From Oscillospiraceae bacterium (GTDB lineage: Bacteria > Bacillota > Clostridia > Oscillospirales > Acutalibacteraceae): a stretch of DNA of 64,000 bases. Below, one piece after another: positions 55,407 to 64,000 of this stretch. Below the pieces are notes generated by a model. The model saw nothing but the letters and a program-made list of their open reading frames with translations. It ran no database searches and had not been told where the DNA came from. The DNA is taken from the NCBI GenBank assembly GCA_031270605.1, contig JAISXG010000070.1, positions 10,482-74,481 of the forward strand, given 5' to 3'. Made by a program: the position numbers and the translations under genes. Each line of letters begins with the position of its first letter. The first letter of the stretch is position 1.

Positions 55407-56627
55407 ATGAAACCCATTGCAAAATCAAACAAACTCAACAACGTTTGCTATGACATCCGCGGCCCTGTGCTCGATGAAGCCGCAAGAATGGAAGCACAGG
55501 GAATTGAAATACTGAAACTGAACATCGGCAATCCCGCCCCGTTTCGCATGGCCGCGCCGGATGATATTATTGAAAACATGTCCAGAAACCTGCGCTATGC
55601 GGAGGGCTATTCTGACTCAAAGGGCATTCTTTCCGCGCGCCGGGCCATTCAGAGCTATTGCGCGCGCAAAAACATCCCGAATGTGGGCCTGCAGGACATA
55701 TATACCGGCAACGGCGTGAGTGAACTGATCGTCTCCTCCATGCAGGCGCTGCTTGACAATGGCGACGAGATCCTTATTCCCTCCCCCGACTATCCGCTCT
55801 GGACGGCAGCCGTGACCCTTGCGGGCGGCAACGCGGTGCATTATGTCTGTGATGAGAGCGCAGGCTGGCACCCAGACTTTGACGATATCCGCAAAAAAAT
55901 AACGCCCAAGACCAAGGGTATCGTGGTCATCAACCCCAACAACCCCACCGGCGCGCTGTACCCCGACGACGTTTTGATCGGCATCACAGAAATTGCGCGC
56001 GAACACGGTCTGATCATTTTTGCTGACGAAATTTACGACCGCATTGTCATGGACGGCCTCGGGCACAAAGCCATTGCGTCTTTCGCGCCCGACCTGCTGG
56101 TTGTGAATTTCAACGGGCTTTCCAAGTCCCACAAAATTGCCGGTTTTCGCTGCGGATGGATGGCGCTTTCGGGTGAAAAGTCCCACGCAAAGGGCTACAT
56201 CGAGGGGCTGAACATGCTCGCCTCCATGCGGCTGTGCTCAAACGTACCGGCACAGTATGTGATCGAAACGGCACTCAACAGCACCACGACCGCGCCGGAC
56301 CCGGCGCTGCTGCCCGGCGGCCGCATTTATGAGCAGCGCGAGACAATCTGTAACGCGATCAACGCCATTCCCGGCCTGAGCGTGAGCAGGCCTCAGGCGG
56401 CATTTTACATATTCCCCCGCATTGACGCAAAACAATTCAACATCACGGACGATGAGCGCTTTGTTCTGGACTTTTTAAAAGAGAAACACGTTTTGCTGGT
56501 GCACGGAAAGGGCTTTCATTATAATGAGCCGGACCATTTTCGAATTGTTTATCTGCCCGAAAAAGCAGTGCTGCTTGACGCAATGGAACGCATGGGGGAC
56601 TTTTTGGCAAACTATCGGCAGGCATAG
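55407..56627 (+). CDS. alaA: Glutamate-pyruvate (alanine) aminotransferase, AlaA type
   Basis: 406 aa. Collinear with E. coli AlaA: KSNKLNNVCYDIRGPV, LNIGNPAPF, SKSHKIAGFRCGW. Confidence 0.9.
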   Translation: MKPIAKSNKLNNVCYDIRGPVLDEAARMEAQGIEILKLNIGNPAPFRMAAPDDIIENMSRNLRYAEGYSDSKGILSARRAIQSYCARKNIPNVGLQDIYTGNGVSELIVSSMQALLDNGDEILIPSPDYPLWTAAVTLAGGNAVHYVCDESAGWHPDFDDIRKKITPKTKGIVVINPNNPTGALYPDDVLIGITEIAREHGLIIFADEIYDRIVMDGLGHKAIASFAPDLLVVNFNGLSKSHKIAGFRCGWMALSGEKSHAKGYIEGLNMLASMRLCSNVPAQYVIETALNSTTTAPDPALLPGGRIYEQRETICNAINAIPGLSVSRPQAAFYIFPRIDAKQFNITDDERFVLDFLKEKHVLLVHGKGFHYNEPDHFRIVYLPEKAVLLDAMERMGDFLANYRQA

Positions 56628-56653
56628 CACGCAACAAAGAAAGGGTGAGGCAA

Positions 56654-57217
56654 ATGCAGGACAGAAGAATCAAAAGAACCCGAAAAAGCATTTTTGACGC
56701 GCTGGTGGAGCTCATGCTTGAAAAAGACATCGGCAATATTACCGTGCGCGAGCTGTGTGAACGGGCGGATGTCAACAAAAGCACCTTTTATCTGCATTTT
56801 ATGGATATTTATGATTGCAGGGACTCCTGGTCGAACGAGCTGCTTGAAGATATTTTCAGCCGCATCAGTTTGATCACCTACGACGACATTCTCAACAACC
56901 CCGAGCAGTGCCTCAATGCTTTTTTTGATTTTTTTGAACAGAATCTTGTTTTTTATGAAAAGATGCTCAATTCACCTCTGAAAGCCAGTTCCATGCTCAC
57001 CTTTAAAGATAAAATCACTGAAATCATTCTGCAGTCAAACAACCTGACACTGCAAGGCGATTTTGAAAAGGTCGTTTCCGTTGCCTTTTACCTTGGCGGC
57101 GTGATTGACGCCTGCGTGCTTGCCATTCAAAGCCACGCCTTTTACCGCGAACGCCTGCTGCAGCTGCTTGCAAAGCAGGTTTCGTTGGGCATTGAAACAC
57201 AGCTTTCCGACGCGTGA
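56654..57217 (+). CDS. TetR/AcrR-family transcriptional regulator
   Basis: N-terminal HTH RIKRTRKSIFDALVELMLEKDIGNITVRELCERADVNKSTFY. Confidence 0.85.
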   Translation: MQDRRIKRTRKSIFDALVELMLEKDIGNITVRELCERADVNKSTFYLHFMDIYDCRDSWSNELLEDIFSRISLITYDDILNNPEQCLNAFFDFFEQNLVFYEKMLNSPLKASSMLTFKDKITEIILQSNNLTLQGDFEKVVSVAFYLGGVIDACVLAIQSHAFYRERLLQLLAKQVSLGIETQLSDA

Positions 57218-57256
57218 AACGGCGGCACCCGAAACAAAAAATAATTAAAAATAATG

Positions 57257-57287
57257 GGGCGTGTTTGAGAAACATCAAAACACGCCC
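57257..57287 (+). terminator. Hairpin after the TetR gene
   Basis: gggcgtgttt/aaacacgccc 10-bp perfect stem. The T tail is weak. Confidence 0.5.
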
Positions 57288-57402
57288 TCATAATTTTAGC
57301 CTATGGCTATTTTCTAATGAATTGCAAATTATACCATTTTGCTAAAAAAATTATATTTTTTTTCTAAACTCTATCAAGAACGACCAAAGCCGAAAAAGGG
57401 CA

Positions 57403-57430
57403 TTGATTTTCTTTTTTTTTGTGTTACAAT
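57403..57430 (+). promoter_or_regulatory. Candidate promoter giving a ~315-nt leader for the KimA-type transporter
   Basis: TTGATT, 16-nt spacer, TG-extended TACAAT. Confidence 0.45.
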
Positions 57431-57753
57431 AAGCTCAAAATCAAAACAAAAATAATACTTGGACCAAGCATTGTTTCACCGCAGAGCAGTTTCCGGCTCG
57501 GTTTGCGCCTGCATGTCCGCGGCCAAATGCTCTAAAAAACCTGCTACAGTATAGGGTTCTTTTTTATAGCCGAACCTGTTTTTATATCAATTCATATATT
57601 AATAAGCGTTGGAAACAGTACTAATGTAGTATACAATTATATTAAAAGCTTATTTTGTCAATATGCATTATCTTTTTGTTATGATTTGAATGTGATTCAG
57701 GTCACAGTCTGTTTGAATTTTTCGGTAAAATACAAGAAGGATGTTATAAGATC

Positions 57754-59613
57754 ATGAGAATTAAAAATTTGCTGATCGGAAGGCCACTGCGCAGCAACGA
57801 GCTCTCCTCTGAAAGACTCAGCCGCTTTTGGGGCGTTCCGATCATGGCAAGCGACGCGGTTTCTTCGGTTGCTTATGCGATTGAAGAAATTTTGATGGTC
57901 CTTGTGCCAGTGCTCGGCTTCGCTTCGGTCAAATACCTCGGCATGGTGGCCCTGCCCATTATTTTTCTGTTGCTGGTGCTGGTGGTTTCCTATTCACAAA
58001 TCATCAGCCATTACCCCCAGGGCGGTGGCGCTTATAACGTGTCTGCCGAAAACATCGGCAAAAAGACCGCGCTGATCGCGGCCTCTGCCCTGATGGTCGA
58101 CTATGTGATGACGGTCGCGGTGAGCCTTTCCTCCGCAAGCGCGGCAATCATCGCGGCGTTTCCCGCACTGGAGGATTACCCGGTGTTCATCGCGCTGATC
58201 AGCCTTGGCATCATCACCCTGCTCAACCTGCGCGGTATCAATGAATCCTCAAAAATTTTCGGCGTGCCGACCTACGCGTTTATTGTTATCATGGGCATTT
58301 TAATCGTCACGGGCTTTATAGGGCTTCTGAACGGTTCGGTGAAGCCGATCGTCTATGAAAGCGCCCCGCCCTCGGCCGAACTGAAGCTGGACCCGTTTTT
58401 TGTGTTTGTGCTGCTCAAGGCTTTTTCATCGGGCTGTTCGGCCCTGACGGGCATTGAGGCTGTCAGCAACGCGGTGCCCTCCTTCCGCGACCCTTCCATC
58501 CGAAACGCAAAGCATGTGCTCTACATCCTTTCGGGCGTGATTATTTTCGTGTTTGGCGGCGCGGCGCTGCTCGCAATGGAGCTCAATGTCGCACCTGTGC
58601 ACGGCAAAACGGTCATCTCTCAAATGGGGCACGCGGTGTTCGGTAACGGGACGCTGTTTTACGTTTTGCAGTTTGCGACCTCTTTTATTTTGATTCTGGC
58701 GGCAAACACCGCATACAGCGGCCTGCCGAACCTGCTTTCGATTTTGGCACTCGACAAATATGTGCCGAACCAGTTTGCGCAGCGCGGCGCGCGGCTCGGT
58801 TTTTCAAACGGTATTCTGTTCATCTTTTTTGCGGCCGGCATTTTGATCGTGCTGTTTCAGGCGGACACCCACCACCTGATCCCGCTCTATTCCGTGGGCG
58901 TGTTCCTGTCGTTCACCCTTTCCCAGCTGGGCATGGTCGTAAAATGGCTCAAAACAAAAAAGCCGGGCTGGAAGCACCGCATGCTGATCAACGCCGTGGG
59001 CGCGGTCCTCACCGCGGTGGGCGCGATCGTGGTGTTCTCAACAAAATTCGCGGACGGCGCATGGATGCTTGCCATTGTCATTCCCGCCATCTCGCTGCTC
59101 ATGTTCAAAATCAGAAAGCACTATGATTTTATCGGCGAACAGCTGAAAATCAAAAACTTCCGTGAAAATTATCACAAAAGCGTCAGCACAGACACCAATG
59201 CCTGCGTTGTGCTCGTAAGCTCCCTCAGCCGTTCCACGCTCAAGGCCATGAACTACGCCAACGGCATGTCCTCAAATGTCACGGCGCTGCACATCGCGCA
59301 AAGCGAAGAACAGGCGGAGGTCCTTCGCCGCCAGTGGCAGGAGCATGAAATTGATATTCCTCTCGAAGTCCTTGAATCGCCCTTCCGTGAAATCGTGCCG
59401 CCGATTGAAGAATATATTTCGCAAAAAGAAGCCGAGCTCAAGCCGGGTGAAGATATTTCGGTCGTTTTGATCAAGTTTGTGGAAGAGCATTGGTATGACA
59501 ACATCCTGCATAACCAGACCACCTATTTTATTAAGCGCACCCTCAACAAGCACCGTAATGTGGTGCTTGTCACGGTCCCTTATCTTTATAACCCAAACAG
59601 AAGAAAACACTGA
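57754..59613 (+). CDS. kimA: KimA (YdaO)-family K+/H+ symporter, APC superfamily with a cytoplasmic C-terminal domain
   Basis: 619 aa. Collinear with B. subtilis KimA: LIGRPL, SDAVSSVAY, YPQGGGAY, LLKAFSSGCSALTGIEAVSNAVP, HLIPLYSVGVF. Confidence 0.8.
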   Translation: MRIKNLLIGRPLRSNELSSERLSRFWGVPIMASDAVSSVAYAIEEILMVLVPVLGFASVKYLGMVALPIIFLLLVLVVSYSQIISHYPQGGGAYNVSAENIGKKTALIAASALMVDYVMTVAVSLSSASAAIIAAFPALEDYPVFIALISLGIITLLNLRGINESSKIFGVPTYAFIVIMGILIVTGFIGLLNGSVKPIVYESAPPSAELKLDPFFVFVLLKAFSSGCSALTGIEAVSNAVPSFRDPSIRNAKHVLYILSGVIIFVFGGAALLAMELNVAPVHGKTVISQMGHAVFGNGTLFYVLQFATSFILILAANTAYSGLPNLLSILALDKYVPNQFAQRGARLGFSNGILFIFFAAGILIVLFQADTHHLIPLYSVGVFLSFTLSQLGMVVKWLKTKKPGWKHRMLINAVGAVLTAVGAIVVFSTKFADGAWMLAIVIPAISLLMFKIRKHYDFIGEQLKIKNFRENYHKSVSTDTNACVVLVSSLSRSTLKAMNYANGMSSNVTALHIAQSEEQAEVLRRQWQEHEIDIPLEVLESPFREIVPPIEEYISQKEAELKPGEDISVVLIKFVEEHWYDNILHNQTTYFIKRTLNKHRNVVLVTVPYLYNPNRRKH

Positions 59614-59637
59614 TATGCTTTCGCGCACAGCAACACC

Positions 59638-59666
59638 AAAAGGCCGCACGGTACGCGGCCTTTTTT
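59638..59666. terminator. Bidirectional terminator
   Basis: aaaaggccgc...gcggcctttttt. Confidence 0.7.
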
Positions 59667-59683
59667 CATGTGAAAATTTCCGC

Positions 59684-60376
59684 CTATCTGCAAGACGGCA
59701 TGCGCATCGCGGGAATGGCGTTTAGGGGAATCTGAAACTCCGGCAGGCCGCTCGAATAGGGCGCAATGTCATACTGCTGAAAATAGATCACAAGCGCGCC
59801 GTTCGAAAGGAAAAACTGCTCTTCGTTAAAGGTCTGCTCCACCAGCTCGTCATAATTTTCAAAATAGGCGCCCTCGCCCGTCTGCATCTGCGCCGCGATC
59901 TGCCGCTTGATCTCGCGCTTGATCTGCTCCGCATATCGCGGGTCGCCCGGAAACAGCTCCGGCAGCGAAATTATTTTTCCGCTCCGCAGATTCCATGTTT
60001 CACTGGTTCTGATCACATTGCCGTGCGCGCCGCCGGTGAATTCATACTGGTCGTTATACAGGCTCACGGCGCAGTTGTGGTTATATGTGATCACGGTGTT
60101 CAAATCCAGCTCATAGCTGTTGAACGGGTAGCCGTTTGCCTTGCGGTATTTATAGTCGGCGATCGCCGAGTGGCGCATGGAGGTCGCGGCATATTTCAGC
60201 GCCCTCGCAGCCATGGCAAGATAATAGGCGTTCATTTTTTGTACCGCCGGGGCAAAACGCCGCGAGGAAAACACAGGGTATTCCACGCTTGCCCGCACCA
60301 TCTGCACGCCGTCATAAAAAAACTCTCTTTGTATCTCTTTTGTTTCAACCGAAACACTTTGCAGGTCCATATACAT
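59684..60376 (-). CDS. DUF4163/DUF3298 (RsiV/PdaC-type) domain protein
   Basis: 230 aa. The motif YEFTGGAHG is typical of DUF3298. No signal peptide or TM segment is seen. Confidence 0.65.
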   Translation of the reverse strand: MYMDLQSVSVETKEIQREFFYDGVQMVRASVEYPVFSSRRFAPAVQKMNAYYLAMAARALKYAATSMRHSAIADYKYRKANGYPFNSYELDLNTVITYNHNCAVSLYNDQYEFTGGAHGNVIRTSETWNLRSGKIISLPELFPGDPRYAEQIKREIKRQIAAQMQTGEGAYFENYDELVEQTFNEEQFFLSNGALVIYFQQYDIAPYSSGLPEFQIPLNAIPAMRMPSCR

Positions 60377-60503
60377 GGGTAAAACCTTCCTTTTTCAGAC
60401 TTTTCAGGGCATACTGTCCGCCACGTTAAGAAAACGCCCTCGCGTTTTCGCATAGCGACAGCCCTACTTATTCTTATAATATTAAAATGTACGCAAAATG
60501 TGA

Positions 60504-60663
60504 TATAGTCGATTAACTTAAAAAGCGGTACAAGATTTGCGAGGATTATTTTTGCCGAACAAGGCGGAGGACGCAGCCTTACTGGCGTAAAGCAAAGACG
60601 ACAACGCAGGTCGGCGGAAATAAGACCGCAAAGATGTATCGATTTTTGGGTTAATCGACTATA
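60504..60663. repeat. 160-bp MITE-like element, copy 2
   Basis: About 95% identical to 54055-54214 with the same terminal inverted repeats. Lies in a divergent promoter region. Confidence 0.8.
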
Positions 60664-60744
60664 TGTCCTGCGCTTTTGTTGACAGCAATATGGCATTCTG
60701 ATACAATATGCTCATGACGCACAGAAATCCGGAGGTAATATAAG

Positions 60745-61239
60745 ATGGATGAACAGGCTGTTGTTTCCTTGATTTACCGGCCGCAGAGAAAATGCATCCT
60801 GAAAAGGGCGCGGGCTGCGACAGGTTACTTCGAGCATGGCAGTGAGGTCGGGTTTGAGCACTGGAACGTATTAAAAAGCATTGAACCCTCTTTGTTCGGT
60901 GAACCGGTAGGAATGTGGTTTGCTGAAAATTTAAGGCCCGCCCACACCTCTGAATACGTAATGGGCATCGAAGTACCCCTGCATTACAACGCGCCGCCGC
61001 CTGTAGGGATGGATACGGTCGTTCTTGACGCGTGCCTGTACTTGCTGTTTCACGGCAGGCCTTTCCCGCCTGAGGAGCTGAAACGGGCCACCGACGCATT
61101 AAAAACCGAGGCAAAAAGCTATAACCCTGCCGCACGGAATCTGAAATGGGCGCCCGATAAAGCGCCCGTCATCGAATATGACCCTCTTTGTGAAAGAGGC
61201 TGCATGATCGCTTACCCTGTGGAAAGTTTACATGATTAA
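60745..61239 (+). CDS. Small GyrI-like / AraC-effector-binding-fold protein (tentative)
   Basis: 164 aa. The call rests only on general sequence character, not on a strong motif. Confidence 0.35.
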   Translation: MDEQAVVSLIYRPQRKCILKRARAATGYFEHGSEVGFEHWNVLKSIEPSLFGEPVGMWFAENLRPAHTSEYVMGIEVPLHYNAPPPVGMDTVVLDACLYLLFHGRPFPPEELKRATDALKTEAKSYNPAARNLKWAPDKAPVIEYDPLCERGCMIAYPVESLHD

Positions 61240-61284
61240 AAAAGCACGAAGTATTGTGTCATAAAACGGAAGGGTGTCTTCATC

Positions 61285-63012
61285 ATGAGTAAGAATAAAA
61301 AACTAAAAAAGGTCTTGGCGCTCGGCACAGCCACGGCAGCGGCGGCGGCCTATATGAAGAAAAAGAAGGTTTGCCCGATTTGCGTGGCAAAGCGCGCAAT
61401 GTCGGCGACGCGCGTGAACGCGTTTGCCCGGGAGGCGTATGACAACGGCGTGGCGCTCACGCCGCCCATGGGCTGGTCGAGCTGGAACACCTTCCGTCAC
61501 AAAATTTCTGAGGATTTGATTCTGGAAATTGCCGGCGCAATGGAAAAAAGCGGCCTGCGCGACGCGGGCTATCAATATGTGAACATCGACGACTGCTGGC
61601 AGTCCTCCCTGCGTGACTCGCAGGGCAAACTGATGGCGGACCTCACAACCTTTCCCGGCGGCATCCCCTCGCTGGTGCGAAAGCTCAACGAAAAGGGTTT
61701 CCGCGCGGGCATCTACTCCTCAAACGGCACGCTGACCTGCGAAGAGATGCCCGCCTCTTTGGGCAACGAAGCGCTGGACGCGGACACCCTCGCCGAATGG
61801 GGCATCGAATACTTCAAATATGACTTCTGCCACAACAAAACGATCCCGACCGCCGCGCCCGAAATTGACAAGCTCATCATCGGCCGCCCCCACGGCAGGG
61901 ATGAGCTTACCTTGCAGGCGGAGGACGGCGAAGCGCGCGGCAGCGCGAGAGTGCTCCAAGACGCACACCTTGAAACGGGCAAATATGTCGGCGGCCTTTC
62001 AGGCTCGGGCGGGCAGCTGATTTTTCAGGACGTTATGCTCCCCGAAGCGGGCGAATATGTGCTCACCGTCGGCCTGCGCAAAGCCGGTATGTGGGAAAAA
62101 TATGCCGAAATCGTCATCAACGGCGAAGACACATACCCCGTCACGATCCCCTCCACAAAGGGCTTCACCCACGAGGGGCGGCTGCAGGTTCTGGTGCAGT
62201 TCAAAGAGGGCCGCAACTCCATCCTGATTCACAACCCCATCGGCTCGCGGTTTGACAGCGCCGCAAAGCAATACACAAACATGGGGCGGGAATTGCGCCG
62301 CGCCACACGGGAATTTGCCGAAAAGCACGGCACCGAAGAAAAGCCGATCGTCTATTCCATTTGCGAATGGGGCCTGAACCTGCCGTGGCGCTGGGGAGCG
62401 ACCGCGGGCAATCTTTGGCGCACAACGATGGACATCAAGCCCATCTGGCCGTGGATCGTGACAATTTATGAAATCACCGCGCGGCTTTACAAATATCAAT
62501 GCGTCGGCGGCTGGAACGACCCGGACATGCTCGAGGTGGGCAACGGCAATTTGACAGACGACGAAAACACGGCGCATTTTTCGCTCTGGTGCATGCTCGC
62601 CGCTCCCCTGATTCTCGGCAACGACGTGCGGCGGTTTGTGGACGCAGAGGGTACTGTGGACAAGGACAATAAGGTGCTCAAAATCCTCACAAACAAGGAC
62701 ATGATCGCGATCGATCAGGACAAAAGAGGAATGCAAGGCCGCAAGGTTGTTTCGGGCATGATGGACATTCTCGCGAAGCCCCTTGAGAACAAGGAGCTTG
62801 CCGTGTGCTTTTTCAACAAGGGCGGCAGCGAGGCAAACGCTGAAATCGAGTTTGCAAAGCTGACGAACGAGAGTTTTATCGACCTGCCCAAAACCGAATA
62901 TTATGACGTGTTTGACGTTTGGAACAAAGTGCTTGAAACCAAGAAAGCAAAGCTCACCGCAACAATTCCGCCCCACGGCGTGCGCGTGTTCCGCGTCCGC
63001 GCGAAAAATTGA
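61285..63012 (+). CDS. GH27 alpha-galactosidase / alpha-N-acetylgalactosaminidase with an inserted CBM6/35-like module
   Basis: PPMGWSSWN, NIDDCW, YFKYDFC and SICEWG motifs. About 160 aa lie between the last two, where GH27 enzymes normally have a few dozen. Confidence 0.8.
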   Translation: MSKNKKLKKVLALGTATAAAAAYMKKKKVCPICVAKRAMSATRVNAFAREAYDNGVALTPPMGWSSWNTFRHKISEDLILEIAGAMEKSGLRDAGYQYVNIDDCWQSSLRDSQGKLMADLTTFPGGIPSLVRKLNEKGFRAGIYSSNGTLTCEEMPASLGNEALDADTLAEWGIEYFKYDFCHNKTIPTAAPEIDKLIIGRPHGRDELTLQAEDGEARGSARVLQDAHLETGKYVGGLSGSGGQLIFQDVMLPEAGEYVLTVGLRKAGMWEKYAEIVINGEDTYPVTIPSTKGFTHEGRLQVLVQFKEGRNSILIHNPIGSRFDSAAKQYTNMGRELRRATREFAEKHGTEEKPIVYSICEWGLNLPWRWGATAGNLWRTTMDIKPIWPWIVTIYEITARLYKYQCVGGWNDPDMLEVGNGNLTDDENTAHFSLWCMLAAPLILGNDVRRFVDAEGTVDKDNKVLKILTNKDMIAIDQDKRGMQGRKVVSGMMDILAKPLENKELAVCFFNKGGSEANAEIEFAKLTNESFIDLPKTEYYDVFDVWNKVLETKKAKLTATIPPHGVRVFRVRAKN

Positions 63013-63170
63013 CCGATATATGGCCGATTCGCTTCAAAACCGTCCCGACCTTTGCGGTCTTTTTCCGCCCCCCGACACGTCCAAAATGCTCGGAATACGA
63101 AAGTATTCCTGTGTTTTTGTCCTTTCGGAAACAAAACATCCTCGCAAAATCCAGAACACTTTTAAGCGAA

Positions 63171-63232
63171 TCGATATAAGAAACGCCTGCCGTCTGTTTT
63201 TACAGAGGCAGGCGTTTCTTATATCGATTTTT
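63171..63232. terminator. 21-bp perfect hairpin plus T5, terminator between the GH27 gene and spoVT
   Basis: tcgatataagaaacgcctgcc ... ggcaggcgtttcttatatcga ttttt. Confidence 0.8.
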
Positions 63233-63246
63233 CAATTGATTAAAAA

Positions 63247-63786
63247 TTATTCCTCTGTTTGTTTTCCGAGGAAAGAGGCCGCGACCTGCGCGAGCTTGAT
63301 GTCTGTCTGCGACGGCGCGGCGCCGCCCTCGTTGAACAGCAGCACGACCGAGCCGGTGATGTCGCCCGAGCCGATAATCGGGTAGGCGACCGCAGCCATT
63401 CTGTCAAGCCCCTCGACCGGCAACAGCGGGTGGGTGTCGCTCCCGGCGACATAGCTCGAGCGGTTTTCCATGATGGTTTCCAGCGCAGATGTAATCCTGC
63501 GGTCCATCGCGTCTTTTTTCGGCAGGCCCACGCAAGAAATCACATGGTCGCGGTCGGTAATCACAATGGGCATATTGGTCGCTCTGAACAGAACGTCCGC
63601 ATACTGGGAGGTGAACTCCGAAAGCTCGCCCATGGGGGAATATTTTTTAAAGATCACTTCGCCGTCCGCATCGGTGTATATTTCAAGCGGGTCACCCTCG
63701 CGGATCCGCATAGTTCTGCGGATCTCCTTGGGAATCACAACACGGCCCAAATCATCGATTCTTCTCACAATGCCTGTGGCTTTCAT
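63247..63786 (-). CDS. spoVT: Stage V sporulation protein T (AbrB-family regulator)
   Basis: MKATGIVRRIDDLGRVVIPKEIRRTMRIREGDPLEI matches the SpoVT N-terminus almost residue for residue. An ATG two codons upstream (63792) is an alternative start. Confidence 0.9.
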   Translation of the reverse strand: MKATGIVRRIDDLGRVVIPKEIRRTMRIREGDPLEIYTDADGEVIFKKYSPMGELSEFTSQYADVLFRATNMPIVITDRDHVISCVGLPKKDAMDRRITSALETIMENRSSYVAGSDTHPLLPVEGLDRMAAVAYPIIGSGDITGSVVLLFNEGGAAPSQTDIKLAQVAASFLGKQTEE

Positions 63787-64000
63787 TCTCATAACATCCT
63801 TTCACTGTAAGGTGGTGCTTTGCCTCTTTTTTGCCTTGTGCAAATACTTCGCATAGGTGAAAAAGGGCAAAATTTCCAGATTGTATTCCTTCAATGCTTC
63901 TTTCTTTCTGCCTTTTTCAGGTCAGCTTTGGGCGCGGCGAAAAAGCTTGCCGCAGCCCGTTCATTGCAAAGCCGCACGGCGTTTACCCTGCAGTCACACA

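Noticed and set aside
57546-57583. Terminator closing a putative ~145-nt small RNA in the kimA leader
   Set aside because: The stem is only 4+4 bp with a 6-nt bulge before the T run. That is too weak to call a terminator or an independent sRNA gene.
57655-57685. Second promoter closer to kimA (TTGTCA ... TATGAT)
   Set aside because: The spacer is 19 nt, which is too long for a good sigma-A promoter. I keep it only as a weak alternative.
57431-57753. c-di-AMP (ydaO-yuaA) riboswitch upstream of the kimA homologue
   Set aside because: No ACGGGG or GGGG blocks, and no pseudo-symmetric motif, are present in the leader. It is reported instead as an unexplained long leader.
63857-64000. Possible 3' end of a - strand gene upstream of spoVT (mfd is expected there by synteny in Bacilli)
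   Set aside because: Only about 100 nt are available. I could not establish an open frame or any motif, so no feature is reported.
1-64000. CRISPR arrays, tRNA/rRNA genes, transposases, integrases, prophage or classical defence-system genes
   Set aside because: I saw no regularly spaced direct repeats, no tRNA- or rRNA-like sequence and no ORFs with recombinase, nuclease or defence signatures. The only repeats are the 160-bp element pair and the short inverted repeats listed above.

Overview
The window is a 64-kb chromosomal segment, about 55% GC, from a spore-forming Firmicute. It is probably a Clostridia/Oscillospiraceae-like anaerobe, judged from spoVT, an IspH-S1 fusion, the KorDABC genes and glycyl radical chemistry. 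I found no rRNA, tRNA, CRISPR array, transposase or integrase. The first 27 kb is mostly conserved housekeeping on the - strand. It holds tig, thrC, rnhB, the complete rimP-nusA-ylxR-L7Ae-infB-rbfA-nrnA-truB-ribF operon, a 2-oxoacid:ferredoxin oxidoreductase operon, purC, ispH-rpsA, cmk and tmcAL. This stretch is interrupted at about 14.3-16.1 kb by a low-GC islet with four small XRE regulators and a DUF1273/YpsA gene. The most interesting part is 30.0-46.3 kb, where two units run outward from one AT-rich divergent promoter region. To the left lie an ABC importer and a protein-thiocarboxylate (HcyS/HcyF/HcyD-like) homocysteine pathway with MetY, a small sulfite reductase and TusA. To the right lie a sphingosine-1-phosphate-lyase homologue, a cytoplasmic S12 serine hydrolase, an MFS importer, a class-III aminotransferase, a Cys-x-Glu glycyl radical enzyme and its activase. 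I propose, as inference only, that this is an organosulfonate (taurine or sulfonolipid-type) sulfur-assimilation system in which a radical C-S lyase feeds sulfite to the thiocarboxylate pathway. Other notable items are a 160-bp MITE-like element present twice, an ECF-type sigma factor with a roughly 380-aa soluble C-terminal extension, and a KimA-type K+ transporter behind a long leader without a recognisable c-di-AMP riboswitch. There is also an MscL with a zinc-ribbon tail and a GH27 enzyme with an inserted CBM-like domain. Most long antisense ORFs in the track are shadow ORFs of these genes.
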